Positions 45,697 to 56,088 of a stretch of DNA of 64,000 bases are shown here, piece after piece. Numbering within the stretch: the stretch's first letter is position 1; each line of letters opens with the position of its first letter. Both the position numbers and the translations under genes were made by a program. A model generated the notes under the pieces. It was not told where the DNA came from. It searched no databases and worked only from the letters and a program-made list of their open reading frames with translations. The stretch is from Aquificaceae bacterium (GTDB taxonomy: Bacteria; Aquificota; Aquificia; Aquificales; Aquificaceae), in the NCBI GenBank assembly GCA_037925075.1, contig JAXSNR010000001.1:704001-768000 (forward strand), in the 5' to 3' direction.

Positions 45697-47660
45697 TGAA
45701 AAGGTTTGTGGTTTTCCTTGTGCTTTTTTTGGTGCTTGCACCCGTTGGTCATACTCAGACCGCGGAAGAGCTTCAAAGACAAGCTCAGGAACAAAAAAGA
45801 GCCGGAAAGGTCTTTCTCAACTTTCAGAACGCGGACATATCCTTGGTGGTCAAGTTTATGTCGGAGCTAACTGGCAAAAATATAATCCTTGACCCAAACG
45901 TAAAGGGAACCATTACCATAAGCTCCGCAAAGCCTGTTAGCCTAAGTCAGGCATGGGAGCTTTTTGTCATGTCTCTTACCCTTCAGGGCTATGGAGTGGT
46001 GGAAGAGAAAAACTTTGTGCGCATAGTACCCATAGCACAGGCTGTGCCCCTTGCGGAGCCAAGAAGGCCCTCCACTGGAGCGGACATAATCATATACCTC
46101 TATGGTGCGGAAAACACACAGGCAAGCCAGCTTCAGCAAGCCATTCAGCCCTTCCTTTCCCCCTTTGCAAAGGTGAGCATACACGCACAGTCCAACACTC
46201 TCATAATAGCGGACATAGCAAGGAACATAGAAAAGATAAAGGGCATAATAAAGGAGCTTGACTCTCCACAGAAGACCCTTAAGATAAAGCTCTACCCCCT
46301 CCAGAGGGCAAAGGCGGAAAACGTGCTTCAGAGTGTGCAGGCGGTTGTAAGCACCCTACAGCAACAGATAGGTATTCCGGGTGTAGCTACCATAAGCAAG
46401 GATGCCAACGCAATTATTGTGGTCGCCCGCGAGGATGTGCATGCTTTGGTTGAAGAGGTTATAAAAACCATAGACCAATCCACTCAGATTACAGAAGACA
46501 GGAGCTTTTATGTCCTACCTCTTAAGTTTATCTCCGCGGAGGAACTTCAAAAAAGCCTTCAGAGCCTTCTCTCTGGAGTAAGCCCGGTTATCACACAGCC
46601 CACCCCACCAACCCAACCGCAAGAGATAAGAGGTCTTGAGACACCCCTCAGAAAGGAGCCCACAGCTCAGCCCAAACAACCCCAGCCCATACCTGCCATA
46701 CAGACGAAGGAAGGCATGCGTATAGGCTTTGATAGAGGCACAAACTCCTTGCTTATATACGCAACTCCTCAGGAGTTTGAAGGACTAAAGGCTCTTGTGG
46801 AAAGGCTTGATGTGCGTAGAAGGCAGGTGCTTATTGCAGCCTCCGTGGTGGAGATGTCCACGAGCAAAGCCTTTGAGCTTGGAGTAAGATGGCAGGCCAT
46901 AGGCTCCAAGGGTGGTGCAGGCTTTGGTGTGGGAAGTGTTCAGGACCTGTACAGCTCCATACTAACTGGCAACTTTGTGCTTGGTTTTATAAACAACGTG
47001 GGAAGAACCATCACCATAGGTGGAGCGACCCTTTTCTTCCCAGACCTTGTGCTTCTTTTATCTCTTCTTGAGAAGGGCACCGGCTTTAATCTCATCTCAA
47101 ACCCAAAGGTGCTTACCCTTGACAACCAACCCGCGGAGATAAAGGTGGGTCAGGTGGTACCCTTTGCCTCTGGTGTAAAGTTTGACATAAACGGACAGCC
47201 CGTTATAACCTACGACTACAAGGAGGTGGGGCTTGACCTCAAGATTACACCCACCATAGCGGAAAACAACCTAAGGCTTATGATAGGCTTGCAGGTGCAG
47301 GAGATTGTGGATTTTATAAGGCCTCAGGTGGGACAGCTAAGCTATGCGGTGCCAGTGACCTCCAACAGACAGGTAAATTCAGATGTGGTGGTAGAAAACG
47401 GTCAGACCATAATCATTGGCGGGCTTGTTAGCACAAGAAGTATAAGCACTCAGGAGGGAGTGCCGGGTCTTAAGGATGTTCCCCTTTTTGGAAGGCTTTT
47501 CAGAAGGGATACCCAGACGGAAGATAAGGTTTCTCTGTTTATATTTATAACGCCCTATGTGGTAGAAAGCCCAGAAGAGCTTAGTAAGATAACCCAAGAA
47601 CATCAAAAGTTGGCGGAGGAGCTTAAAAAACTTATGGAAAAGCAGAAGAAGAATGAATAA
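45693..47660 (+). CDS. gspD: Type II secretion secretin GspD
   Basis: LNF.NADI, N.I.DP.VKG, LD.RR.QV.I, P..LTLDN..A.I.VG, VP.L..PL.G.LF. Confidence 0.95.
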   Translation: MMKRFVVFLVLFLVLAPVGHTQTAEELQRQAQEQKRAGKVFLNFQNADISLVVKFMSELTGKNIILDPNVKGTITISSAKPVSLSQAWELFVMSLTLQGYGVVEEKNFVRIVPIAQAVPLAEPRRPSTGADIIIYLYGAENTQASQLQQAIQPFLSPFAKVSIHAQSNTLIIADIARNIEKIKGIIKELDSPQKTLKIKLYPLQRAKAENVLQSVQAVVSTLQQQIGIPGVATISKDANAIIVVAREDVHALVEEVIKTIDQSTQITEDRSFYVLPLKFISAEELQKSLQSLLSGVSPVITQPTPPTQPQEIRGLETPLRKEPTAQPKQPQPIPAIQTKEGMRIGFDRGTNSLLIYATPQEFEGLKALVERLDVRRRQVLIAASVVEMSTSKAFELGVRWQAIGSKGGAGFGVGSVQDLYSSILTGNFVLGFINNVGRTITIGGATLFFPDLVLLLSLLEKGTGFNLISNPKVLTLDNQPAEIKVGQVVPFASGVKFDINGQPVITYDYKEVGLDLKITPTIAENNLRLMIGLQVQEIVDFIRPQVGQLSYAVPVTSNRQVNSDVVVENGQTIIIGGLVSTRSISTQEGVPGLKDVPLFGRLFRRDTQTEDKVSLFIFITPYVVESPEELSKITQEHQKLAEELKKLMEKQKKNE

Positions 47661-48291
47661 GGTAAGCCTTAGGTCAATTTTTATAAACTTGATTTTCCTT
47701 TTCCTTTTGCTGGTCCTTTTGGTGCTTTTAACTTTTCCAAAATTTCTTCTGCTTGAAAGAGAGCTTGCAAAGGCTGGGCTATACCTTACCGCAAGGGAAG
47801 TCAAAGAAGATATTAGGGGTATTACTCTAAAAGAGGTGAACCTTTACGATAAAAGTTCAAAGCTTGCCCGCTTTGACAGTCTTAGGATTGACCTTAGACC
47901 CTTTGGTGTGGGCATATCAGCCCTTTGTGAGGGCAAAGGTTTTTGGTTAGATTGGTCTATTACTTCAAAAAGGCTAAAAGCTCAAGACTTCACCTGCTTT
48001 TCTGTTGCTGAAAGTATAAGTGCAGATCTGGTCATAAAAGAGGGTTTATATGGCAAGATGTGGCTAAAGGGTATAAGGGTTCAGGATACAAAGGTGGAAG
48101 AGCTGTCCCTTGAGATGAAGGGAAGGGTCTTTACCGCAAAAGCTAAGGTTATGGGTTTTGAACTTGTTGGAGATGGGCAGGTGGTTTTTAACCCTTCTAA
48201 TTTCTTAGAGTCAAAGATAAACGGCAGGCTTTCTGGCGGTATGAACCTTACCATCTCCGGCACATTAGAAAAGATACAGCTTACAAGGTAG
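47653..48291 (+). CDS. gspN: GspN-like protein
   Basis: TM ending in TFP, beta-rich body, C-terminal L.ISGTL; follows gspD. Confidence 0.55.
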   Translation: MNKVSLRSIFINLIFLFLLLVLLVLLTFPKFLLLERELAKAGLYLTAREVKEDIRGITLKEVNLYDKSSKLARFDSLRIDLRPFGVGISALCEGKGFWLDWSITSKRLKAQDFTCFSVAESISADLVIKEGLYGKMWLKGIRVQDTKVEELSLEMKGRVFTAKAKVMGFELVGDGQVVFNPSNFLESKINGRLSGGMNLTISGTLEKIQLTR

Positions 48292-48300
48292 AATTTTTAC

Positions 48301-48483
48301 ATGGAAGAAAAGGTGCGGATGCTTATAAATGGCAAAGAGGTCAAGCTAAAAGATTACCCAAAGAGGGTGCTGTACAACCTTTTGGTTGGCTATGTAAAGA
48401 GCCTTAACCTTGAAGAGGCACCCAAAGATATTCAGGTTTATGTTAGAGTTGAGGAAGAGGATATTAGAGAGCCTAAGCTTTGA
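48301..48483 (+). CDS. Small hypothetical protein
   Basis: TAGAAT 6 nt upstream of the ATG; host-like composition. Confidence 0.6.
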   Translation: MEEKVRMLINGKEVKLKDYPKRVLYNLLVGYVKSLNLEEAPKDIQVYVRVEEEDIREPKL

Positions 48484-49420
48484 ATTCAACGAAAGCTTTG
48501 AAGGGCTTAGACTTGACCAGTTTTTGGCAAAGGTATACCCTGACTTCTCAAGAAGCTATCATCAAAGGCTTATAGAGGAGGGCTATGTGTTTGTGGATGG
48601 GCTTGAGGTAAGAAAGCCCTCAAAAAGGCTTAGGAAGGGAAGCCTTATAACCTTGCTCATCCCAGAGCCAGAGCCGATTGATGTGCCTGCGGAGAATATA
48701 CCTATTGATATAGTTTATGAGGATGAGGAGGTTCTTGTGCTTGTAAAGCCTTGTGGGCTTGTGGTGCATCCTTCACCGGGCTACACCTCTGGAACGCTTG
48801 TAAATGCCCTTCTGTACCATGTCAAAAAGCTCTCCTCCATAGGAGGAGTGGAAAGACCGGGAATAGTCCATCGCCTTGACAAAAACACCATGGGACTTAT
48901 GGTGGTGGCAAAAAGTGATGTGGCACACAGGAGCCTTACAGAGCAGTTCAAAGAAAGAAGGGTAGAAAAGCTTTATAAGGCTTTGGTAAAGGGACTGCCA
49001 GACTGGGAGTACAAAAGCATCGAGGCACCCATAGGAAGGCATGCCTTTGACAGAAAAAGGTTTGCCATAAGAGAGGAGGGAAAGCCCGCAAAAAGTGAAG
49101 TATGGGTTCTAAAGCGTTTCCCACGTCAGGGTATAAGCCTTCTCAAGGTGAAGATACATACGGGCAGGACCCATCAGATAAGGGTGCATCTTTCCCATTT
49201 AGGCTTTCCCATTCTGGGAGACATAACCTACGGCTTTAAGAGGAGCTCCGTAGACAAAAAGCTTCTTGAGACTATGGGAGATTGCCATATGCTCTTTAGC
49301 TACCACCTTGCCTTTGAACATCCCACAAAAGGGCAAAAGCTTAGCTTTGAAATAGAAGACCCAGAACCTTTTAGAAGCACCTTAGCCCTCATAGAAAAGC
49401 TGGAGGAAGAGATTTCTTAG
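48440..49420 (+). CDS. rluD: RluA/RluD-family pseudouridine synthase
   Basis: S4 domain (RLDQFL), KP.GLVVHP, GIVHRLDK, TGRTHQIRVH; start uncertain. Confidence 0.88.
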   Translation: MLELRKRILESLSFEFNESFEGLRLDQFLAKVYPDFSRSYHQRLIEEGYVFVDGLEVRKPSKRLRKGSLITLLIPEPEPIDVPAENIPIDIVYEDEEVLVLVKPCGLVVHPSPGYTSGTLVNALLYHVKKLSSIGGVERPGIVHRLDKNTMGLMVVAKSDVAHRSLTEQFKERRVEKLYKALVKGLPDWEYKSIEAPIGRHAFDRKRFAIREEGKPAKSEVWVLKRFPRQGISLLKVKIHTGRTHQIRVHLSHLGFPILGDITYGFKRSSVDKKLLETMGDCHMLFSYHLAFEHPTKGQKLSFEIEDPEPFRSTLALIEKLEEEIS

Positions 49421-50488
49421 TCTTTGAAGGGCACCATCGCCACCAAGGGCATATCTGAGTCTTTTAAACTCCGACCTTTGCCTATCTTTCCAGTTTGGGT
49501 CTTTATCAAGCCTTAACAAAAAGCCACATAGCTCTTTTGGACTTTTCTGAAGAAGCTCCGGCACCACATCCCTTTGAAGTATCAGGTTTGTCAGGGCTAC
49601 ATTTTTGACCTTTACAAGAAGCCTTCCAAGCAAATAGGTAAAAGGGCTAACTCTATAAAAAACTACATGCGGAGAGTTCAAAAGGCTCGCTTCAAGCTCC
49701 GCTGTTCCACTGGCAAGAAGTGTAAAGTCCGCATAAGCCATAAGGTTATAGGAGGGTTTTTCGAGGTCTTTGGAGGTAAAAACCCTCACAGGTAAGCCCC
49801 TAAAGGTTTCCTCAAGATAAATCCTAAAGCTTTCAAAGGTGGGCACAAGAAAAGGAAGCTCTGGCTTTAGACACATAAGAAGCTCTCTCAGGTAGCTTGC
49901 ATGCCTTTTTATCTCACTCCAACGACTGCCGGGCAAGAGGGCTACATACCTTTCAAAGCCAGTTAGCCTGTTTAGCTCCTCCTTGCCAAGGGTAGGACTT
50001 GCCAAGTCCACGAGGGGATGTCCCACAAAATGCACCCGAAAGCCCTCCCTTACGTATTTCTTGTAAAAGTCCACCTCAAAGGGTAAAAGCACAATAAGGT
50101 GGTCCGCAAGCTCTGATATGAGCCTTGCCCTGTCCTCCTTCCATGCCCAAACCTGTGGTGAGATAAAGTAGATGACCTTTTTAACTTTACCCTTTGCCCT
50201 CTTGAGAAGGGGTAGGTTAAAGGCTGGTGCGTCGCACAGAACAAGCACATCTACCTCATTTAAAAGACTTTCAATCCTTTTCAAAAGCCTATATACATAG
50301 GGAATTTTGGGAATAGCCTCCGCAATGCCAACCACCGAAAGGTCTTCTATCTTTGCAATGCTTTCAAACCCTATGGATTCAAGCCTCTCATCCGTGATGC
50401 CTATAAAGTTTATACCTTTAACATCTTTGAATATGCTATAAACATAGTTGCTTGCGGACCTCTCACCTACGGAAAGGAAAACTCTCAT
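49382..50488 (-). CDS. lpxB: Lipid-A-disaccharide synthase
   Basis: SVGE.S, D.PAFN, SPQVWAW, FVGHPL, LLPGSR.SEI, ASGT. Confidence 0.95.
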   Translation of the reverse strand: MRVFLSVGERSASNYVYSIFKDVKGINFIGITDERLESIGFESIAKIEDLSVVGIAEAIPKIPYVYRLLKRIESLLNEVDVLVLCDAPAFNLPLLKRAKGKVKKVIYFISPQVWAWKEDRARLISELADHLIVLLPFEVDFYKKYVREGFRVHFVGHPLVDLASPTLGKEELNRLTGFERYVALLPGSRWSEIKRHASYLRELLMCLKPELPFLVPTFESFRIYLEETFRGLPVRVFTSKDLEKPSYNLMAYADFTLLASGTAELEASLLNSPHVVFYRVSPFTYLLGRLLVKVKNVALTNLILQRDVVPELLQKSPKELCGFLLRLDKDPNWKDRQRSEFKRLRYALGGDGALQRLRNLFLQLFYEG

Positions 50489-50901
50489 CCAGACTTGGCA
50501 AACAGGCTAAAAAGCCCTTCCCCTTCCCTCTCAACCCTTACCTTCATGCCTTCCAAACTTACAAAAAGGGCATAAGAGACTTCAACCCTGCCTGAGCTTC
50601 TTATACTTACATACCTTTCCGCCCAGCAACCGTTGGCTTCATTCCTGAAGGTAGCCTTCAGATAGGCACCGTCGTGATGCTCCATAATCTCCGTAAAAAC
50701 CACCTCCATGTAGTTGTTTTCTTCCACCGCCTCCCGCCAAAGAGGGTCAAGCTTCTTCTCTTCTAACTCAAGCCTTATGCCAAACTCAAGGTCTTCTGGG
50801 TCTGTTTCACTTAGCATAGCTTTTATTCTGTCCTTTAGAACATGGCAAAAACCCTCAAGCTTTGACAGAGCCTTTTCTCTGTACTCTTCCTGTATTGGCA
50901 T
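50485..50901 (-). CDS. Hypothetical protein
   Basis: Coupled to lpxB (ATGA overlap); start placed at 50901 because a TATGAT -10 box lies 7 nt upstream. Confidence 0.7.
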   Translation of the reverse strand: MPIQEEYREKALSKLEGFCHVLKDRIKAMLSETDPEDLEFGIRLELEEKKLDPLWREAVEENNYMEVVFTEIMEHHDGAYLKATFRNEANGCWAERYVSIRSSGRVEVSYALFVSLEGMKVRVEREGEGLFSLFAKSG

Positions 50902-50943
50902 GCAAAATATCATAACCCATTTTCTGGCTTATATTTTTAACCT

Positions 50944-51576
50944 ATGGAAGAAAAGGTAGAAGAAAGGGTTGATAGACTTGAAAGAATTGCGGAACGTTTT
51001 ATGCAAGAGATGGCGGACTTTAAGGTATGGGTTGTAAAGTTTTTGGAAGATTACAGAAGGGAGATGGATAGGCAGATAAGGGAATACAAAGAGGAGACCG
51101 ACAGAAAAATAGAAGAGGGCAGAAAAGAATTAAGGGAAGCAAACAAGCGTTGGGGAGAAATAGCCAACAAGCTTGGGACAGTTGTAGAAGACATAATTTT
51201 TCCAGCCCTTAGGCCTGTGATAGAAAAATACTTTGGCTGTGAGATAAAAAGGCTTGCTATGAGGCTAACATACAGAGAAAAGGCAAAGGGCATTTATGAG
51301 GAGTTTGATGCGGTAGCGGAGTGCGAAGACAGAGTGTTTTTGGTGGAAGTAAAATCCACACCAAGAGAAAAACACATTGAGGAGTTCAAACTGAAAGGGG
51401 AAAGGTTTGTTAAGTATTTTCCAGCTTATTCCGGGAAAAAATTGGTGCTGATAATGGGAAGTTTGAGGTTTGAAGAAGATTTTATAAAGCTTTTATCCCA
51501 AGCTGGCATCTATGCCATGGCGTACAGGGAGTGGGAGTATATGGATATTCTAAACTTTGAGGAGGTTAAAACTTAA
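50944..51576 (+). CDS. Coiled-coil plus PD-(D/E)XK nuclease-like protein (DUF3782-like)
   Basis: Coiled coil, WG..ANKLG..VED, EFDAV...VEVKS. Confidence 0.7.
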   Translation: MEEKVEERVDRLERIAERFMQEMADFKVWVVKFLEDYRREMDRQIREYKEETDRKIEEGRKELREANKRWGEIANKLGTVVEDIIFPALRPVIEKYFGCEIKRLAMRLTYREKAKGIYEEFDAVAECEDRVFLVEVKSTPREKHIEEFKLKGERFVKYFPAYSGKKLVLIMGSLRFEEDFIKLLSQAGIYAMAYREWEYMDILNFEEVKT

Positions 51577-52604
51577 TCCACCTTTAAAACCACCTTTCCA
51601 AAATGCTTTGATTCTTCCAAATACCTGTGGGCTTCTTGGACTTCCTCTAAGGGAAAGACCTTATCCACCATCGGCTTTAGCAGTCCCCTCTCAAAAAGCT
51701 CGGTGATTTTCAAAAGGTCAGCCCTTGGACCCATATACACACCAAGAAGCTCTATTTCGCGTACAAAGATGTACCTTATGTCTATCTGTGCCTCTGAACC
51801 TGTGGTGGTGCCAAAAAACACAAGCCTTCCACCCTTTCTTAGGCACTCCACACTCTTCCAAAAGCTTTTACTACCCACATGGTCCATAACCACATCCACA
51901 CCTTCTTTAAAGAGCTCTCTTACCCTCTTTACCACATCCTCCTCGTAATGGTTTATGACCACATCCGCACCAAGCTCAAGGCACCTTTTGGCTTTCTCTT
52001 TAGAGCCTGCGGTGGCTATCACAAAGGCACCGAAAAGCTTGGCAATTTGAATTCCCGCAACTCCAACACCCGATGAGCCTCCCCATATAAGGACCCTATG
52101 GTAAGGCTTTATACCTGCCTTATTCACCAATGCGTTCCAAACGGTTAGAAAGGTCAAAGGGTATGAGCTTGCCTCCTCAAAGCTGAGGTTTGAGGGTTTT
52201 TTTATCACATTCCTGACGGGCACCTTTACATACTGGGCGTAGCCACCCTTGGACTTAAGACCGAGAATATCGTAGTGCTTGCAGTGGTTGTCATGCCCCG
52301 ACTGGCAGTCATAACAGACTCCGCAGGAAAGTCCTGGAGCGAGTACCACCTCATCACCCTCTTTTACTCCCTCCACAAGGCTTCCCACCCTTTCCACCAC
52401 ACCGCTTATGTCTGAACCCAGTATATGTGGTAGCTCTGGCTTTACCGCAAGGGCTCCCATCCTTACCCATATGTCAAGGTGGTTTAGAGCTACCGCCTTC
52501 ACCCGCACGAGGACCTCATCCTCTTTTATCTGTGGCACTGGAAAGTCTTCCATAAGCCTTAGCTTTTCCACACCACCAAAACCCTCAAGGATAACCGCTT
52601 TCAT
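51573..52604 (-). CDS. Zinc-binding alcohol dehydrogenase / quinone reductase family
   Basis: LNHLD, CGVC..C..G..N.C, GGSSGVG, FGKVVL. Confidence 0.92.
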   Translation of the reverse strand: MKAVILEGFGGVEKLRLMEDFPVPQIKEDEVLVRVKAVALNHLDIWVRMGALAVKPELPHILGSDISGVVERVGSLVEGVKEGDEVVLAPGLSCGVCYDCQSGHDNHCKHYDILGLKSKGGYAQYVKVPVRNVIKKPSNLSFEEASSYPLTFLTVWNALVNKAGIKPYHRVLIWGGSSGVGVAGIQIAKLFGAFVIATAGSKEKAKRCLELGADVVINHYEEDVVKRVRELFKEGVDVVMDHVGSKSFWKSVECLRKGGRLVFFGTTTGSEAQIDIRYIFVREIELLGVYMGPRADLLKITELFERGLLKPMVDKVFPLEEVQEAHRYLEESKHFGKVVLKVD

Positions 52605-52621
52605 GGTATGCTTATTATACT

Positions 52622-53902
52622 ATGCATATAGAAGACCTAAGGCATTCCGCATGGAGGTTTAACGAAAGGCTTAACTTCCTTAAAAACAGAGGGCAGTTTC
52701 TTGCGGAGGAGTATGAGCCAGCTGTAAAGGAGATAATACAAAGGGTTCAAAGGGAGGGCGACAAGGCTATTTTGGAATACACAAAGAGGTTTGACGGGGT
52801 GGAGCTCACTTCTGAGACTATGGAGGTTCCCTACGAGGAATTAGAAAGGGCATACAACGAAATAGAGGAGGACGTGAGGTCCGCCCTTGAGATTGCCCAT
52901 GAGAGGATAAGGAGGTTTCACGAAAAGCAGTTAGAGAAAAGCTTTTTTACAGAGGAGGAGGGCGTAATCCTTGGAAACAGGGTTTTACCCTTGGAAAGGG
53001 TCGGCATATATGTGCCGGGTGGAAAGGCGGCTTACCCTTCTACTGTGCTTATGAATACGGTGCCTGCGGTGGTGGCGGGCGTGCAAGAGGTCATAATGGT
53101 CTCTCCCAAGCCAAACCCCTATACTCTTGCCAGTGCCTTTATAGCTGGAGTGAGCAGGGTTTACCAAATTGGCGGTGCTCAAGCTATCGCAGGGCTCGCC
53201 TTTGGGACTGAAACGCTTCCAAAGGTGGATAAGATAGTGGGACCGGGCAACATATACGTAACCCTCGCCAAAAAGCTCCTGTACGGAGTGGTGGATATAG
53301 ACATGATAGCGGGACCTTCTGAGATACTTGTGATTGCGGATGGTACCGTGGACCCCAAATGGACAGCCTGCGACCTTCTTTCTCAGGCTGAACATGATGA
53401 GCTTGCTGGTGCCTTTATGATAACCACCGACGAAGAATACGCAAAAGAGGTTTCTTATTGGGTTAAAAGGCTTCTTGAGGACTTCCCAAGAAGAGATATA
53501 GCCCAAAAGTCCATAGAGAGGTTTGGAACCATCTTTTTGGTGGAAGACCTATACAAAGCCTGCGAGGTGGCAAACCACATAGCACCAGAGCACCTTGAGG
53601 TTTTGACAGAAGACCCCTTTTCTCTGCTTCCTTACATAAAGCACGCGGGTGCCATATTTCTTGGAAAGTATGCGACAGAACCCCTGGGAGATTATGTGCT
53701 TGGACCAAACCACACCCTTCCCACGGGGGGAACCGCAAGGTTCTTCTCACCTCTTGGAGTTTATCACTTTCTAAAAAGGGCTTCTGTAATATACCTTTCT
53801 AAAGAGGGCTTTGAAAAGGTTGCGGAACCCGCAGAAAGCATAGCAAAGGCTGAGGGGCTTTATGCCCACTACTATGCGGTTAGGGTAAGGAGGGAAACAT
53901 GA
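52622..53902 (+). CDS. hisD: Histidinol dehydrogenase
   Basis: [44 protein letters not shown]. Confidence 0.97.
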   Translation: MHIEDLRHSAWRFNERLNFLKNRGQFLAEEYEPAVKEIIQRVQREGDKAILEYTKRFDGVELTSETMEVPYEELERAYNEIEEDVRSALEIAHERIRRFHEKQLEKSFFTEEEGVILGNRVLPLERVGIYVPGGKAAYPSTVLMNTVPAVVAGVQEVIMVSPKPNPYTLASAFIAGVSRVYQIGGAQAIAGLAFGTETLPKVDKIVGPGNIYVTLAKKLLYGVVDIDMIAGPSEILVIADGTVDPKWTACDLLSQAEHDELAGAFMITTDEEYAKEVSYWVKRLLEDFPRRDIAQKSIERFGTIFLVEDLYKACEVANHIAPEHLEVLTEDPFSLLPYIKHAGAIFLGKYATEPLGDYVLGPNHTLPTGGTARFFSPLGVYHFLKRASVIYLSKEGFEKVAEPAESIAKAEGLYAHYYAVRVRRET

Positions 53903-54444
53903 AAAGGCTACTTTTTCTTCCTTTTCTCCTGGCTTCCTGTGCTCCCCTTGTCTGCCCAGAGGGAGAAGAGATAAAAAGGGCTTATTCAGAGTTTAAGGCA
54001 CCTCAGTCTTACAGTGCGGACCTATCTCTTAGGTATGGGCTTTTGAGAGTCCCTATAAGCCTTAAAAAGTCAGAGGGCAGATTTACTATAAGCGGAGAGG
54101 GAAGAACCGCGGAAATCTCCCTTAACAACCTTTGCGTGGCGGGTACTTGTATAGACTTTCCCATAAGTCCAGATGGCATAATCTTTGGCATGGTGCTAGG
54201 GGGTGGTGAGAAGATGGGTTGCTCACCTTCTGGTGTGTATTTTGAAAGGGATGAGGGTATGTTCAAATCAAAATATATTTTCAAGGATGGAAAGCTAAGC
54301 CTTGCAGAGTTTTACGACACAAAAAGGGACAAAAAGCTTACCTTAAGCTACCTTGAGTGGTCAAAGGAAGGCTACGCCAAAGCCCTAAGGCTTCAAACGG
54401 AAAGCATGAGCCTTATCCTTACGGTGGATAGTTTAAAATTTTAG
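53899..54444 (+). CDS. Hypothetical lipoprotein
   Basis: Lipobox LLAS-C; AGGAGG SD. Confidence 0.75.
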   Translation: MKRLLFLPFLLASCAPLVCPEGEEIKRAYSEFKAPQSYSADLSLRYGLLRVPISLKKSEGRFTISGEGRTAEISLNNLCVAGTCIDFPISPDGIIFGMVLGGGEKMGCSPSGVYFERDEGMFKSKYIFKDGKLSLAEFYDTKRDKKLTLSYLEWSKEGYAKALRLQTESMSLILTVDSLKF

Positions 54445-54446
54445 CC

Positions 54447-55259
54447 ATGTACCCCCTTCTGATAGAAATATTTGGCATAAAGATATACACCTACGGTGTT
54501 TTGGTAGCTTTGGGAGCCCTAACTGCCTACTGGCTTTTGCTTAGGCTTGCAAAAAGGGAAGGCATAAACCCAAACCATGTGGAAAACACGCTTCTGCTTG
54601 CCCTTCTTCTTGGCATAGTGGGTGGTAGGGTCTCCTATGTAATAGAACATCCTGAGCAGGTTCAGAGCCTTACGGACATCTTTGCCATATGGAACGGTGG
54701 TATGAACTTTTTCGGTGGTCTTGGGGGTGGAGTGGTAGGTGCCTTGTTGGGAATTCTTAAATATCGCCTGCCCTTCTGGAAGAGTGCAGACATGGCGGTG
54801 GTAGCCCTAAGCATAGCCCATGCCTTGGGAAGGCTTGGATGCACTTCCGCAGGGTGCTGTTATGGAAAGCCCTTTCCAATAGAGGGTTCTACCTTTCCAG
54901 GAGTGCACTTTTCAGACAGGTTTCCCTTTTTTTATCTGGTCTTTCCGCCGGGTGCGGTCGCTCCACCTTATATGCCCTTATACCCCACTCAGCTTATGGA
55001 GTTTGTAGGTCTTGTTTTCATATTTTTAGTCCTCCTTTTTGCCTACAAGAAAAAGCCCTTTGATGGATCGGTGTTTTCCCTGTATATGCTTCTGTACGGT
55101 TTGCTTAGGTTTTCCCTTGAGTTTTTCAGAGGCGTCACACCCCCCATACAAAGCATAGGGCTTACATGGAACCAGCTTGTTGCCCTGACTATGATAATTA
55201 CTTCTATTGTCCTTGCCCTTTGGCTTTTAAGAGAGAAAAAGCATGGGAAGGTGGCTTAA
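54447..55259 (+). CDS. lgt: Prolipoprotein diacylglyceryl transferase
   Basis: YG, G.R, IW.GG..F.GG, GRLGC...GCC.G, PTQL.E, R...EFFR. Confidence 0.95.
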   Translation: MYPLLIEIFGIKIYTYGVLVALGALTAYWLLLRLAKREGINPNHVENTLLLALLLGIVGGRVSYVIEHPEQVQSLTDIFAIWNGGMNFFGGLGGGVVGALLGILKYRLPFWKSADMAVVALSIAHALGRLGCTSAGCCYGKPFPIEGSTFPGVHFSDRFPFFYLVFPPGAVAPPYMPLYPTQLMEFVGLVFIFLVLLFAYKKKPFDGSVFSLYMLLYGLLRFSLEFFRGVTPPIQSIGLTWNQLVALTMIITSIVLALWLLREKKHGKVA

Positions 55260-56088
55260 AAGAGCTTTCATCTTTGGCATAATAGTTCTTGTGCTGGGAT
55301 TTTTAAGCTCCTTGCTTTCAAGAGTGCCCTTAGGCGACAGGGTTGCGGTCATAAAGGTAAAGGGTGCCATAATTGAGCCAGACAGAGTTGTGTCAAGGAT
55401 CCAGCAGGCAAAGGAGGACAAAAGCGTCAAGGCCCTTGTACTCAGAGTGGATAGCCCCGGTGGTTCTGTGGGAGCGTCTCAGGAGATATACAGAGCCCTT
55501 GAGGACTTTAAGAGTTCTGGAAAGCCCCTTGTGGTATCCATGGGCAATGTGGCAGCCTCTGGAGGCTACTATATTTCAGCACCTGCAGACCTCATATTTG
55601 CCAATCCTGGCACCATAACGGGTAGCATAGGCGTCATCGTCCAGCATACGGAGCTAAAGGACCTCTTTGAAAGGCTTGGAGTAAGGACAACCGCTATAAA
55701 AACGGGAAAGTTCAAGGATACCCTTTCCCCTTTTAGAGAGCTTACCCCAGAGGAAAAGGAGTACCTCCAAAGGACCATACAGGATGCTTACGAACAGTTC
55801 CTTCAGGCTATTTTAAAGTACCGTTCAAAGAAGATAAGTGAGCAAAAACTCAGAGAAATAGCGGACGGAAGGGTCTTTACGGGAAGGGTTGCCAAGGACC
55901 TTGGTCTTGTGGATGAGCTTGGGAACCTTCTGGATGCCATAAACAGGGCAAAGCAGATGGCTGGAGTGCCGGACGCAAGGGTCTTTTATATGGAAGAAAA
56001 AAGAGGCCTTCTTAGGAGGCTGATGGAGGAGGACTTTAAGGGCTTTTTGGGAGAATATCCCTTGATGCTCTACTACCTTATGAAATAA
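55243..56088 (+). CDS. sppA: Signal peptide peptidase SppA (36K type)
   Basis: DSPGG, AASGGYY, TGSIGV, ADGRVF.G..A..LGLVD. Confidence 0.95.
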   Translation: MGRWLKRAFIFGIIVLVLGFLSSLLSRVPLGDRVAVIKVKGAIIEPDRVVSRIQQAKEDKSVKALVLRVDSPGGSVGASQEIYRALEDFKSSGKPLVVSMGNVAASGGYYISAPADLIFANPGTITGSIGVIVQHTELKDLFERLGVRTTAIKTGKFKDTLSPFRELTPEEKEYLQRTIQDAYEQFLQAILKYRSKKISEQKLREIADGRVFTGRVAKDLGLVDELGNLLDAINRAKQMAGVPDARVFYMEEKRGLLRRLMEEDFKGFLGEYPLMLYYLMK

